The notes under the pieces were generated by a model that was not told the DNA's origin, ran no database searches, and worked only from the letters and a program-made list of their open reading frames with translations. DNA of 61,466 nt. Source: an uncultured Alphaproteobacteria bacterium. Its GTDB lineage: Bacteria; Pseudomonadota; Alphaproteobacteria; HIMB59; GCA-002718135. Made by a program: the position numbers and the translations under genes. Shown piece after piece: positions 40,933 through 50,244 of this stretch; the first letter of the stretch is position 1, and each line of letters begins with the position of its first letter. Location: NCBI GenBank assembly GCA_902539825.1, contig CACBMH010000004.1, forward strand, positions 1-61,466, in the 5' to 3' direction.

Positions 40933-41730
40933 ATGAATTACATTTTTTCTGCAATTTTTCTATATTTTTTTTTAGGTTTTCTCTTGTATATCTTTCAAAG
41001 ACGCATTGTTTTTAATAAATCAGGACATCCAGGCGTACCAAAGGATTATAACTTGGATAATACAGAAGAAGTTTATATTAAAACTGAGGATAACTTAAAG
41101 CTATTATCATGGTATTATAAAGGTAATAATTCACTCCCTTTACTAGTTTATTTTCATGGTAATTCTTTTCATATCGGAGATAGAGCTTACAGAATCCAGA
41201 GGTATATCGAAAAAAATTGGAGCGTACTTTTAGTTTCCTGGAGAGGCTTTGGAGGTAACAAAGGAAATCCAACAGAAAAAAATTTATATAAAGATGCAGA
41301 AGCAGTATTAAAATGGATTAAAAATAATACTGAATTTAAATTCAAAGAATTAGTGATTTATGGAGAATCACTCGGATCTGGTGCTGCAGTAGAAATGGGT
41401 ACAAAGTACGAATTTTTATCTATTGTTTTAGAAGCGCCATTTACATCTATCAATGATATTGCAAAAAAAAGATATAAAATATTTCCAACAAAATATTTAG
41501 TTAAAGATAAATTCGATAACTTCAGTAAAATTGATAAAATAACTTCGCCATTACTTATTATTAGTGGAAAAAAGGATGAAATTGTACCGCATGAACACAG
41601 TATTAAGCTTTATGATAAAGCAAAAGTAATAAAAAAGAGTGTTTTTATTGACGAAGCAATACACAATAATCTATATGATTTCGGGATTGAAAAAGACGTA
41701 ATTGGCTTTAATTTAAAACTATGGAAATAG
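40933..41730 (+). CDS. Alpha/beta hydrolase (ABHD13/Bem46-like)
   Basis: YFHGN, WRGFGG, GESLG nucleophile elbow, KDEIVP, IHNNL; N-terminal TM helix. Confidence 0.9.
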   Translation: MNYIFSAIFLYFFLGFLLYIFQRRIVFNKSGHPGVPKDYNLDNTEEVYIKTEDNLKLLSWYYKGNNSLPLLVYFHGNSFHIGDRAYRIQRYIEKNWSVLLVSWRGFGGNKGNPTEKNLYKDAEAVLKWIKNNTEFKFKELVIYGESLGSGAAVEMGTKYEFLSIVLEAPFTSINDIAKKRYKIFPTKYLVKDKFDNFSKIDKITSPLLIISGKKDEIVPHEHSIKLYDKAKVIKKSVFIDEAIHNNLYDFGIEKDVIGFNLKLWK

Positions 41731-43022
41731 ATCTAACAACATCATATGTAGGCATTTTAAGCCTTATTGTATTTGTTCTTGCATATGCTGTTGTAATGGC
41801 TGAAGAATTTAGCCATCTAAGAAAATCTAAACCAGTTATTATTTCAGCTGCTGTAATATGGGGCATTATAGCTTTCCATTTTTCTTCTGATAAGCAATAT
41901 GCCAAAGAAATTGAGTATGCTTTAGAGCATAATATCTTAGAATTTGCAGAACTTTTCCTATTTCTTCTCGTTGCTATGACTTACATCAATGCTTTAGAAG
42001 AAAGAAAAGTTTTTGATGTAGTCAGATATCAATTAACATCAAGGGGATTTAGCTTTAGACAATTATTTATATTCACAGGTATAATTACTTTTTTCTTATC
42101 TCCTATAGCTGATAACTTAACAACTGCACTAGTCATGTGCTCTGTAGTAATGGCCTGTGGTAAAGGTAATACAAAATTTATATCGATTGGTTGTATTAAT
42201 ATAGTTGTTGCAGCAAATGCAGGTGGTGCTTTTAGTCCATTTGGAGATATAACTACCTTAATGGTATGGCAGGCTGGTATTGTCGAATTTTTTACATTTT
42301 TTAAAATATTTTTTCCTTCTGTGGTTAATTACATAATTCCTGCAGCAGTTATGTATTTCTTTATTCCAAATGAAAAACCACAAATTAGTTCTGATAGAGA
42401 ATATATGAAAAGAGGAGGACGAGTAATTATTTTTTTAGGTTTGCTTACAATTTTTAGTGCTGTAAACTTCCATAATATTCTTCACTTGCCTCCAATGCTT
42501 GGCATGATGTTTGGTCTTGGTCTTCTTGGGTTATATTCTTTTTATTTACAAATTACACATGATCCATCTGTTGAAGACGAAAAATTTGATTTCTTTAGAA
42601 AAGTTTCAAGAGCTGAATGGGACACTTTGTTATTCTTCTTTGGAGTTATCCTAAGTGTTGGTGGCTTAGGATTTATAGGTTACCTAACTGTTGTTTCAGA
42701 ATTCTTATATATTGGTCTTGGCCCAACAATGGCAAATTCTATAGTAGGTGTTCTTTCAGCTATCGTAGATAATATACCAGTGATGTTTGCTGTAATTACT
42801 ATGAGACCGGAAATGTCAATTGATCAGTGGTTGCTAGTTACATTAACAACAGGAGTGGGCGGTAGCCTATTGTCAATTGGTTCAGCTGCAGGTGTAGCAC
42901 TTATGGGACAAGCGAGAGGATATTACACTTTTTTTGGACATTTAAAATGGACTCCAGTTATATTTATTGGTTATGTAGCAAGTATTTATCTTCACGTTTT
43001 AATGGCTGACTTGCCTTGGTAA
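41721..43022 (+). CDS. nhaD: Na+/H+ antiporter NhaD family
   Basis: LRKSKPV, SPIADNLTTAL, AANAGGAFSPFGDITTLMVW, SAIVDNIP, GGSLLSIGSAAGVALMG. Confidence 0.92.
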   Translation: MEIDLTTSYVGILSLIVFVLAYAVVMAEEFSHLRKSKPVIISAAVIWGIIAFHFSSDKQYAKEIEYALEHNILEFAELFLFLLVAMTYINALEERKVFDVVRYQLTSRGFSFRQLFIFTGIITFFLSPIADNLTTALVMCSVVMACGKGNTKFISIGCINIVVAANAGGAFSPFGDITTLMVWQAGIVEFFTFFKIFFPSVVNYIIPAAVMYFFIPNEKPQISSDREYMKRGGRVIIFLGLLTIFSAVNFHNILHLPPMLGMMFGLGLLGLYSFYLQITHDPSVEDEKFDFFRKVSRAEWDTLLFFFGVILSVGGLGFIGYLTVVSEFLYIGLGPTMANSIVGVLSAIVDNIPVMFAVITMRPEMSIDQWLLVTLTTGVGGSLLSIGSAAGVALMGQARGYYTFFGHLKWTPVIFIGYVASIYLHVLMADLPW

Positions 43023-44581
43023 TTTAAATTATCAATTAATAAAAAAATAATTATACTAAGTATTAAAATTACACCAGCAACAAAAGAAGCTTCGTTAAAT
43101 TTATAGACACTAATCAATTTATATAAGTAAGATGGCAAGGTATCAAAGTTTTGATCTTTAAAAAAAGATATTATTGTAAAATCACCAAAAGTAATAACCG
43201 TCGAAAATGCAAAAACAAAAATTATATTTTTTTTAATCATTGGTAGCAAAATAATAAAATAGTTTCTTATGCTTATTCGGAAAGTTTGCTGAAAATTTTC
43301 AAAATTTAAAAAAATATTTTTCAGGTTATTAAAAAGTATTAATATAGAAAAAGGTAATAAGAATAGACAATTTATCAAAACTATCACAAAATATTTAAAA
43401 AATTGCACATATCTTAATTCACCTAATATAATAAAATAACCAAGACTAAATATAATTGGAGAAATAATTATTATTGAAGAGCTTATTAAAAAAATTGATT
43501 GCTGAAAAATCATATTTTTATAATTTATTACAAGTATGGATGAAATTATAAACCCAGATATACTAACAATTATTCCTGTAGTAACTGAAATAATAACAGA
43601 GTTAAAAAAAGATCCTAAAAATTTTTTATTAATTAAAGATAAATAAATACCATTATTTATAAAATGATAAATTACAGAAATTATTGGAGAAAAAAGAAAT
43701 ATCGAAAAAAATACAATTATTAAAAAATCTAATATTTTTATGGCTTTGTATTCTTTATGAGGATGAATAAAATTAATTTGATCTATTTCAAAAAAATTTG
43801 AACCTTTTAATTTGTAAAAACCAATGAATAAAAAAAATAAACAGATAAAAATTTGTAGAAAACTAAGTAATATTGCTTTATTAAAATTTAGTTCAAAAAG
43901 TGCATATTGATAAATTGCCACCTCAATTGTAGAATACATAGGTCCACCACCTAACGCCATTACTATTGCAAAACTTAAAAAACAAAGAGAGAATATTATT
44001 GAGAACACAGTAAAAAAATTTTGTTTTATATAAGGCATCTCTAATTTTAGAAGATTGCCAAAAAAAGTAATGTTTAGAGAGCTAGATATTTCATAATATT
44101 TTAAAGGAATACTATTTAAGGATTGAAAAAATAATCTGGTAGCAAATGGTGTATTTAGAAGTATATGTGCAATTAAAATTGCTTTTATTCCAAAAATTGT
44201 CTCTATCGAAAAATTCTCGTACAAATTAAAATATGAGTTATAAAAACCATTATTTCCAAAGAGTTTAATTACAGCAAACACTATTAAGATTGTAGGTATT
44301 ACAAAGCAAAAACCACAAAGAGAAATGATAAATTTAATAATTTTTAAATCCTTATGTCTATTTAATGCTAATGCGAATGGAATAGCTAAAAAACAACTTA
44401 ATAGTGCTGAAAGAAAAGCTTGATATAATGAAAAATAAATTAGACGATGTGTATATGAATTTTGAAAAAAATTATAAATATTGTCTAAATCAAAGTCAAT
44501 TTTTGAAAAAATACCTATGAAAGGTAATAGGATTATTAATCCAAAAAAAAATAATACTGAATAATTATATTTATAATACAA
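42992..44581 (-). CDS. thiP: Thiamine ABC transporter permease
   Basis: SLYQAFLSALLS, AHILLNTPFATR, LGGGP..STIEVAIYQ, GDF..TLP; follows thiB. Confidence 0.88.
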   Translation of the reverse strand: MYYKYNYSVLFFFGLIILLPFIGIFSKIDFDLDNIYNFFQNSYTHRLIYFSLYQAFLSALLSCFLAIPFALALNRHKDLKIIKFIISLCGFCFVIPTILIVFAVIKLFGNNGFYNSYFNLYENFSIETIFGIKAILIAHILLNTPFATRLFFQSLNSIPLKYYEISSSLNITFFGNLLKLEMPYIKQNFFTVFSIIFSLCFLSFAIVMALGGGPMYSTIEVAIYQYALFELNFNKAILLSFLQIFICLFFLFIGFYKLKGSNFFEIDQINFIHPHKEYKAIKILDFLIIVFFSIFLFSPIISVIYHFINNGIYLSLINKKFLGSFFNSVIISVTTGIIVSISGFIISSILVINYKNMIFQQSIFLISSSIIIISPIIFSLGYFIILGELRYVQFFKYFVIVLINCLFLLPFSILILFNNLKNIFLNFENFQQTFRISIRNYFIILLPMIKKNIIFVFAFSTVITFGDFTIISFFKDQNFDTLPSYLYKLISVYKFNEASFVAGVILILSIIIFLLIDNLNYQGKSAIKT

Positions 44582-44586
44582 TTTAT

Positions 44587-45570
44587 TTACGAGGCATTAA
44601 GCCACTCATCAATCCATTTTTCTTTATTCTTATTAATTTCTTTTGGATCCATTTGAATAAAGTTAGGAACATCTAGTTTATCAAATGCCTCAGGTAAATC
44701 TTTTATATTTGTAATTGGATACATAATATTTGTTGATGGTATTACTGATTGAAATTCTTCTGACAACATAAAGTTAAGAAATTTATTTGCTAAATCTTTA
44801 TTTTGTGAATTATTCAAAATACCTGCAAATTCAATTGTTATATAATTTCCTTCTTCAAAAGTTGTAGCAAGAATATCATACCTTTCTTCAAACATAATAT
44901 GTGCAGCTGGAGATGTAGTATAACTTAAAACCATGTCAGCTTCTCCTGCCATAAAAAAATTATAATATGCATCTGTCCATCCTTTGGTAACAGAAATAAT
45001 TTTCTTATTTAATTTTTTCCATTCATCTCCAGCTTTTTCTCCATATAATGCTTTCATCCAAGTTAATAATCCTAATCCAGGGGTAGAAGTTCTCGGGTCT
45101 TGAATTACAATTCTGGCATTAGTAGAATTAATCAACTCGTCCATTGATTTAGGAGGTGTTTCTAAATTTGCTTCATTATACACAAAAGAAAAGTATCCAT
45201 AATTATATGGAACAAATTTATTACTTTCCCAATTTAATGGTAAATTAATTAAGTTGTTTATGTCATCGATATTATGAGTTGTAAAAAGCCCAGATTGTTC
45301 AGCTAAATCAAATAAATTCATATCAAGACCTAAAACTATATCTGCCTTAGAAGTATCACCTTCTAAAATAACTTTATTCAATAATGTTGCGGCACTGTCT
45401 ACAGCAACAAATTCTACATCTGCATTATGTTTTTCTTCAAATATTTTTTCAATTATGGGTCCTGGACCCCACTCTGAAACAAAAGAGTCGTAAGTATATA
45501 TAGTTAGTTTCTCTGCATAGATTGTGAAAGAGATAAATAAGGTAGTTAAAAAAATTAGTATTGTTTTCAT
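44587..45570 (-). CDS. thiB: Thiamine ABC transporter substrate-binding protein
   Basis: LTIYTYDSFVSEWGPGP, QDPRTSTPGLGLL, GWTDAY, VLSYTTSPA; TPP riboswitch upstream. Confidence 0.95.
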   Translation of the reverse strand: MKTILIFLTTLFISFTIYAEKLTIYTYDSFVSEWGPGPIIEKIFEEKHNADVEFVAVDSAATLLNKVILEGDTSKADIVLGLDMNLFDLAEQSGLFTTHNIDDINNLINLPLNWESNKFVPYNYGYFSFVYNEANLETPPKSMDELINSTNARIVIQDPRTSTPGLGLLTWMKALYGEKAGDEWKKLNKKIISVTKGWTDAYYNFFMAGEADMVLSYTTSPAAHIMFEERYDILATTFEEGNYITIEFAGILNNSQNKDLANKFLNFMLSEEFQSVIPSTNIMYPITNIKDLPEAFDKLDVPNFIQMDPKEINKNKEKWIDEWLNAS

Positions 45571-45571
45571 G

Positions 45572-45640
45572 TTTCCTCCGCTGGCATTATCCAGATCAGG
45601 TTAAAAGGGTATAAATCTCAGCATTTAAGCACCCCTATTT
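45572..45640 (-). ncRNA. TPP riboswitch (THI element), compact
   Basis: Minus strand AGGGGTGC-ttaaat-GCTGAGA..TACCC..AACCTGATCTGGATAATGCCAGCGGAGGAA, directly before the thiB ATG. Confidence 0.93.
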
Positions 45641-45719
45641 TTAATTATAATAAATATTATTTTAGAAAACAAACATAAAAGATTGTTTTTAGGTTATTTA
45701 TGAATATAACAAATTTTTT

Positions 45720-45796
45720 CGGGGAGTAGCGCAGCCTGGTAGCGCACCTGGTTTGGGACCAGGGGGTCGAAGGTTCGAATCCTTTCTCCCCGACCA
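45720..45796 (+). tRNA. tRNA-Pro(TGG)
   Basis: CGGGGAG/CTCCCCG acceptor, CCTGG-TTTGGGA-CCAGG anticodon arm, GGTTCGAATCC, CCA. Confidence 0.97.
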
Positions 45797-45921
45797 TATA
45801 TTCAGCCAATTTTTATATCTGTAATATTGTACTTTTAAATTTCTAAAGCTATTTATTATACCAAGTTATTAATTTTAAACACCTGTCTTCACACAAGGTG
45901 GTTTTGTGTTATAAAACAAAT

Positions 45922-46938
45922 ATGCCTCAGATAAAAGTTAATGATAAAATATATTATTTAACTGATTTTGCAAACGAAGAAGAGTTAGAAGATAATCTTG
46001 AAAAGCTATCAAATGATATTTTTGGTCCAGGTAAAATTTTTTTAAGATTTAAAAAAAGAATTGGAATTTCTACAAAAACTATTCCTGATGGATATCTTTT
46101 AGATTTATCTTCTAAAAAACCTGAACTATATTTTGTTGAGTCAGAATTAGATACTCATGATGTTGTAAGGCATATTTCAGTTCAGTTAATGAATTTTTAT
46201 TTCTCATATAATGAAGATCATACCGGTTTGCGCAATATTTTAAGTGAACAAATTAATAATGATCAATTTAAAAAGAAAAAATGTGATGAATATGTAAGTT
46301 CAAATAATTATTCTAGCTTTGATAAATTTATTGATGAAGTAACAAGAAATTCAGCATTCAAATCTATTGTTGTTATAAATGAAGAACCAGAAAAACTTTC
46401 AAAGCTTGATAGTATAGTCAAATTTGATGTTGAGGTTTTATGTATTAGAAAATACGAGTCCTCTGATGGAGATCAAATTTTTGAGTATGATACTTTTCAA
46501 GACAATATTTTAACAGAAACTTCTTCTGAAAATTCTAAATCAATGAAATTGGTTGATAAAAGTACTTTTGATACAATCGTAGTTCCAGCAAGGAAGGAAG
46601 GTTTTGATAAAGTTTTTATTGGTGAAGACAGATGGTATGCAATTAAATTTTCAGAAGCTATGCAAAAACAAATCAAATATATAGCTGGATATCAAGTTAA
46701 ACCAATATCAAAAATTACTCATATTGCAGAAATAAAAGATGTAGTTCCATACGAAGGCAATATTGAATCTTATGAAGGAAAATTTGTAATTAATTTCAAA
46801 GCTTCTGCAAAAAAATTAAATAACCCAATTGAATACAACCCATCAGGTAAAATAAAACCTCTATACGGTCCAATATTTGCAAAATATTCAAAATTAATCG
46901 AATCAAAAAATTTTGATGATCTTTGGTATGAAGAATAA
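45922..46938 (+). CDS. Hypothetical two-domain protein: PD-(D/E)xK-like nuclease plus putative PUA-like nucleic-acid-binding domain
   Basis: N-terminal EEELE...IPDG...YFVESEL..H...HI..Q; S/T-rich linker; C-terminal DTIVVPARKEGF..VF...RWYAI...YIAGYQVKPISKITH. Confidence 0.6.
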   Translation: MPQIKVNDKIYYLTDFANEEELEDNLEKLSNDIFGPGKIFLRFKKRIGISTKTIPDGYLLDLSSKKPELYFVESELDTHDVVRHISVQLMNFYFSYNEDHTGLRNILSEQINNDQFKKKKCDEYVSSNNYSSFDKFIDEVTRNSAFKSIVVINEEPEKLSKLDSIVKFDVEVLCIRKYESSDGDQIFEYDTFQDNILTETSSENSKSMKLVDKSTFDTIVVPARKEGFDKVFIGEDRWYAIKFSEAMQKQIKYIAGYQVKPISKITHIAEIKDVVPYEGNIESYEGKFVINFKASAKKLNNPIEYNPSGKIKPLYGPIFAKYSKLIESKNFDDLWYEE

Positions 46939-46961
46939 ATGATTATATCAGACATTTTTTG

Positions 46962-48119
46962 ATGTTTAATTACTTCTCTAATGCAGAACTAATTTTTGGT
47001 AATGATACTTCTGTTAATGCACATGATCAGATAATTAATATACTAGGTAAAAATATATTTGTTGTTACTGATAAAGGTTTGACTGAATTAGGTTTGTTCG
47101 AACCTGTCGTTAATAAACTAAAAAAAAATTCAAATATAAAAATATTTAATGATGTAGAGTCTGATCCATCAAAAAATACATTGCTTGAGGCATACAAAAA
47201 AGCATCTAGCTTTAAATCTTCTGGTGTTTTAGGTTTTGGAGGCGGTTCATCTATGGATGTTGCAAAACTTGTATCTTTACTTCTTGGGTCTAATCAGAAT
47301 ATCGATACGATATGGGGGGTTAATAATGCAAAAGGCCCAAGAATACCACTTGTACTAATTCCTACAACAGCAGGAACTGGTTCAGAAGTTACGCCAATTT
47401 CAATAATTACGATGGATGACAAAGAAAAAAAAGGTGTTTCTTCAAAACTTATTTTACCTGATCTTGCTATTTTAGATCCATTATTAACTATTAATCTACC
47501 TCCAAATATAACTGCATCAACCGGAATAGATGCTATGGTTCATGCAATCGAAGCTTACACTTCTATAAATCCTAACAACAATCCTATTTCAAAAATGTTA
47601 TCTATAGAAGCACTCAAGTTTCTCGGATCATCAATTAAAACTGCTGTATTTGATGGACATAATATAATTGCAAGATCAAATATGCTATTTGGATCAATGT
47701 TAGCAGGTAAAGCTTTTGCAAATTCTCCAGTAGCAGCAGTACATGCTTTGGCATATCCCATAGGAGGTCTATTTAATATATCTCATGGACTTTCAAACTC
47801 TTTAGTTCTTCCAAGTGTTATGAAATTCAATTCTATACATAAAGAAACAAAAAAAAATTACGCTAATCTTGCACCATTTGTATTTAAAGATTTAGATAAT
47901 AGCAAAAGTGATGAGATTGTGTGTAATAATTTTATAGATAGTTTAGAAAGTTTGTCTAAGGAACTGAAATTACCTTATAGGCTAAGAGATCTAGAAATTC
48001 CTGAGAAAGCTTGCCAATTGATGGCTAGTGAAGCAATGAAGCAAACAAGATTATTAGTAAATAACCCGCGTAAAATTGAAGAATCTGATGCCTTTAATAT
48101 ATACAAATCTGTTTGGTAG
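46962..48119 (+). CDS. Iron-containing alcohol dehydrogenase
   Basis: VVTDKG, GGGSSMDVAK, PTTAGTGSEVT, DAMVHAIEAY, HALAYP..HGLSN. Confidence 0.93.
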   Translation: MFNYFSNAELIFGNDTSVNAHDQIINILGKNIFVVTDKGLTELGLFEPVVNKLKKNSNIKIFNDVESDPSKNTLLEAYKKASSFKSSGVLGFGGGSSMDVAKLVSLLLGSNQNIDTIWGVNNAKGPRIPLVLIPTTAGTGSEVTPISIITMDDKEKKGVSSKLILPDLAILDPLLTINLPPNITASTGIDAMVHAIEAYTSINPNNNPISKMLSIEALKFLGSSIKTAVFDGHNIIARSNMLFGSMLAGKAFANSPVAAVHALAYPIGGLFNISHGLSNSLVLPSVMKFNSIHKETKKNYANLAPFVFKDLDNSKSDEIVCNNFIDSLESLSKELKLPYRLRDLEIPEKACQLMASEAMKQTRLLVNNPRKIEESDAFNIYKSVW

Positions 48120-48169
48120 ATTTTGTTTACTTATAACTTAATTTACCTATTTAAATAAAATAGACCTTA

Positions 48170-49780
48170 ATGATAAAATCAACAGTTAATCAATTTGCAA
48201 ATTCTCTTGGGTTAAACAAAGATGAATATATTCCAGAGGGCAGAGCTTCCTTTTCACTGTTTAAAATTGAAATTCTATCTGGATTAACTGTTGCAATCGC
48301 CCTTGTTCCAGAAGCAATTGCATTCGCTTTTGTAGCAGGTGTAGCACCTCTTTCAGGTTTGTACGCAGCTTTTATTGTAGGATTAGTAACTGCAATTTTT
48401 GGTGGGAGACCTGGAATGATTTCGGGGGCAACAGGAGCATTGGCTGTTGTTATGGTTTCATTAGTATCGGAACATGGAGTTCAATATTTATTTGCCACAG
48501 TAATACTTATGGGAATCTTACAATTTCTTGCGGGAATTTTTAAATTAGGAAAATTTATGAGAATGGTTCCTCAACCTGTAATGCTAGGTTTTGTAAACGG
48601 GTTAGCTATAGTAATTGGTTTATCACAATTACATCAATTTCAAATATATAACTTTGATGGAACATTTACATGGATGTCAGGGGAAGTTCTTACATATTCT
48701 TTAGTATTAGTTTTCTTAACCATGTTAATTATATGGTACTTACCAAGGGTTACTAAATTCATACCATCTACATTAGCTGCAATTCTACTTGTTACTTTTC
48801 TAGTTTTACTTTTAGATTTACCTGTTCCAAGAGTAGGTGATTTAGCAAGTGTAGCAGGAGGGCTTCCCAATTTTTCTATTCCAACAGTTCCACTTAATTT
48901 AGATACTTTTTTCATTATTTTTCCTTATGCAATTATTTTGGCAGCTATTGGATTAATTGAAAGTCTTCTAACTCTTAATCTAGTAGGAGAAATAACAAAC
49001 AAAAAGGGCGGGACAAGACAAGAATGTTTAGCGCAAGGTGTTGCTAATGGTATCACAGGCTTTTTTGGTGGTATGGGTGGTTGTGCTATGATTGGTCAAT
49101 CAATGATAAATGTAAAATCTGGAGGTAGAACAAGAATTGCTGGCATATCAGCAGCAATTTTTTTACTAATTTTCATTCTTTATACTTCAAATTTAATTGA
49201 ACTTATTCCTATTGCATCATTAGTAGGAGTTATGTTTATGGTCGTAATCGGAACATTTGCTTGGAATTCACTAAAATTATTATTTGTTGTTCCTCGTTCG
49301 GATGCATTGGTAATTGTTTTAGTTACTTTAATAACTGTATTAGAAGATTTAGCAGTTGCTGTAGTTGCTGGTGTTATTATTAATGCACTAGTATTTGCGT
49401 GGAAATCTGCTTCAAGAATTAGAGCAATTGAGAGACAATCAAGAACAGAAAAGGGCGCCAAGGTATATGAAATTGAAGGACCACTTTTTTTTAGTTCCAC
49501 TAATAGTTTTTTAGATATTTTTAAGCCCGCCGAAGATCCTAATTTAGTAATAATAGATTTTGCAAATTCAAAAGTAATTGATCAATCTGCTTTAAAAGCA
49601 ATTGAGGATATTGCAGAAAGATATTCAAAATTAGGCAAACAAGTAAAGTTAAGACGTCTTACGAAGGACTGCCACAGCCTTTTAAGAAAAACAGGTCAAT
49701 TAATAGTTGATAGTGATGATGATCCTGATTATGGAATAGCTGTTGACTACGGTGTTAAATTAGGAATTTTTGGCAAATAA
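48170..49780 (+). CDS. SulP/SLC26 anion transporter with STAS domain
   Basis: ALVPEAIAF, GGRPGMISGATGA, GGMGGCAMIGQS, GPLFF, DQSAL. Confidence 0.93.
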   Translation: MIKSTVNQFANSLGLNKDEYIPEGRASFSLFKIEILSGLTVAIALVPEAIAFAFVAGVAPLSGLYAAFIVGLVTAIFGGRPGMISGATGALAVVMVSLVSEHGVQYLFATVILMGILQFLAGIFKLGKFMRMVPQPVMLGFVNGLAIVIGLSQLHQFQIYNFDGTFTWMSGEVLTYSLVLVFLTMLIIWYLPRVTKFIPSTLAAILLVTFLVLLLDLPVPRVGDLASVAGGLPNFSIPTVPLNLDTFFIIFPYAIILAAIGLIESLLTLNLVGEITNKKGGTRQECLAQGVANGITGFFGGMGGCAMIGQSMINVKSGGRTRIAGISAAIFLLIFILYTSNLIELIPIASLVGVMFMVVIGTFAWNSLKLLFVVPRSDALVIVLVTLITVLEDLAVAVVAGVIINALVFAWKSASRIRAIERQSRTEKGAKVYEIEGPLFFSSTNSFLDIFKPAEDPNLVIIDFANSKVIDQSALKAIEDIAERYSKLGKQVKLRRLTKDCHSLLRKTGQLIVDSDDDPDYGIAVDYGVKLGIFGK

Positions 49781-50236
49781 TTAAAACTCTAATGATCCTT
49801 TAACAGAATACTGTAAAATATTTACAATCTCATCAACGTTTTTTGTAACAGCAAGTGCTGCTGCATCTACTTCTTTTAAAGCATGTTGATGTTCATCACT
49901 ATGCATTATTATGAGAGATTTATTCAAGGCTGATGCATACCCTGCATCAAAAGCAGCATTCCATTGTTTATATTTCTCACCAAAACGTACTACAACTATA
50001 TCTGCTTTTTCAATCGAATTTCTAGTTCGTATAGCATTTATTTTAGCTCCTTTGTTATCGTGCCAAAATTTTTTTTCTTCATCACCAAGTATTTTTACAC
50101 CAACATCATCTGATAATTCATGATTGGTAGTCGGGCTTGAAAATTCTATTTCTAAATTCTTAGATTTACATTTATCTATAATCTCATTTCGCCAATTAGT
50201 ATGAATTTCACCTGATAAGTAAACTTTTAATTTCAT
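49781..50236 (-). CDS. YtoQ-family protein (nucleoside deoxyribosyltransferase-like fold)
   Basis: VYLSGEIHTNWR, VVVRFGEKYKQWNAAFDAGYA, HALKEVD. Confidence 0.88.
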   Translation of the reverse strand: MKLKVYLSGEIHTNWRNEIIDKCKSKNLEIEFSSPTTNHELSDDVGVKILGDEEKKFWHDNKGAKINAIRTRNSIEKADIVVVRFGEKYKQWNAAFDAGYASALNKSLIIMHSDEHQHALKEVDAAALAVTKNVDEIVNILQYSVKGSLEF

Positions 50237-50244
50237 TTTTTAAA

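Noticed and set aside
45720-46938. Prophage or integrative element at tRNA-Pro
   Set aside because: No integrase, phage genes or duplicated tRNA 3' end seen.
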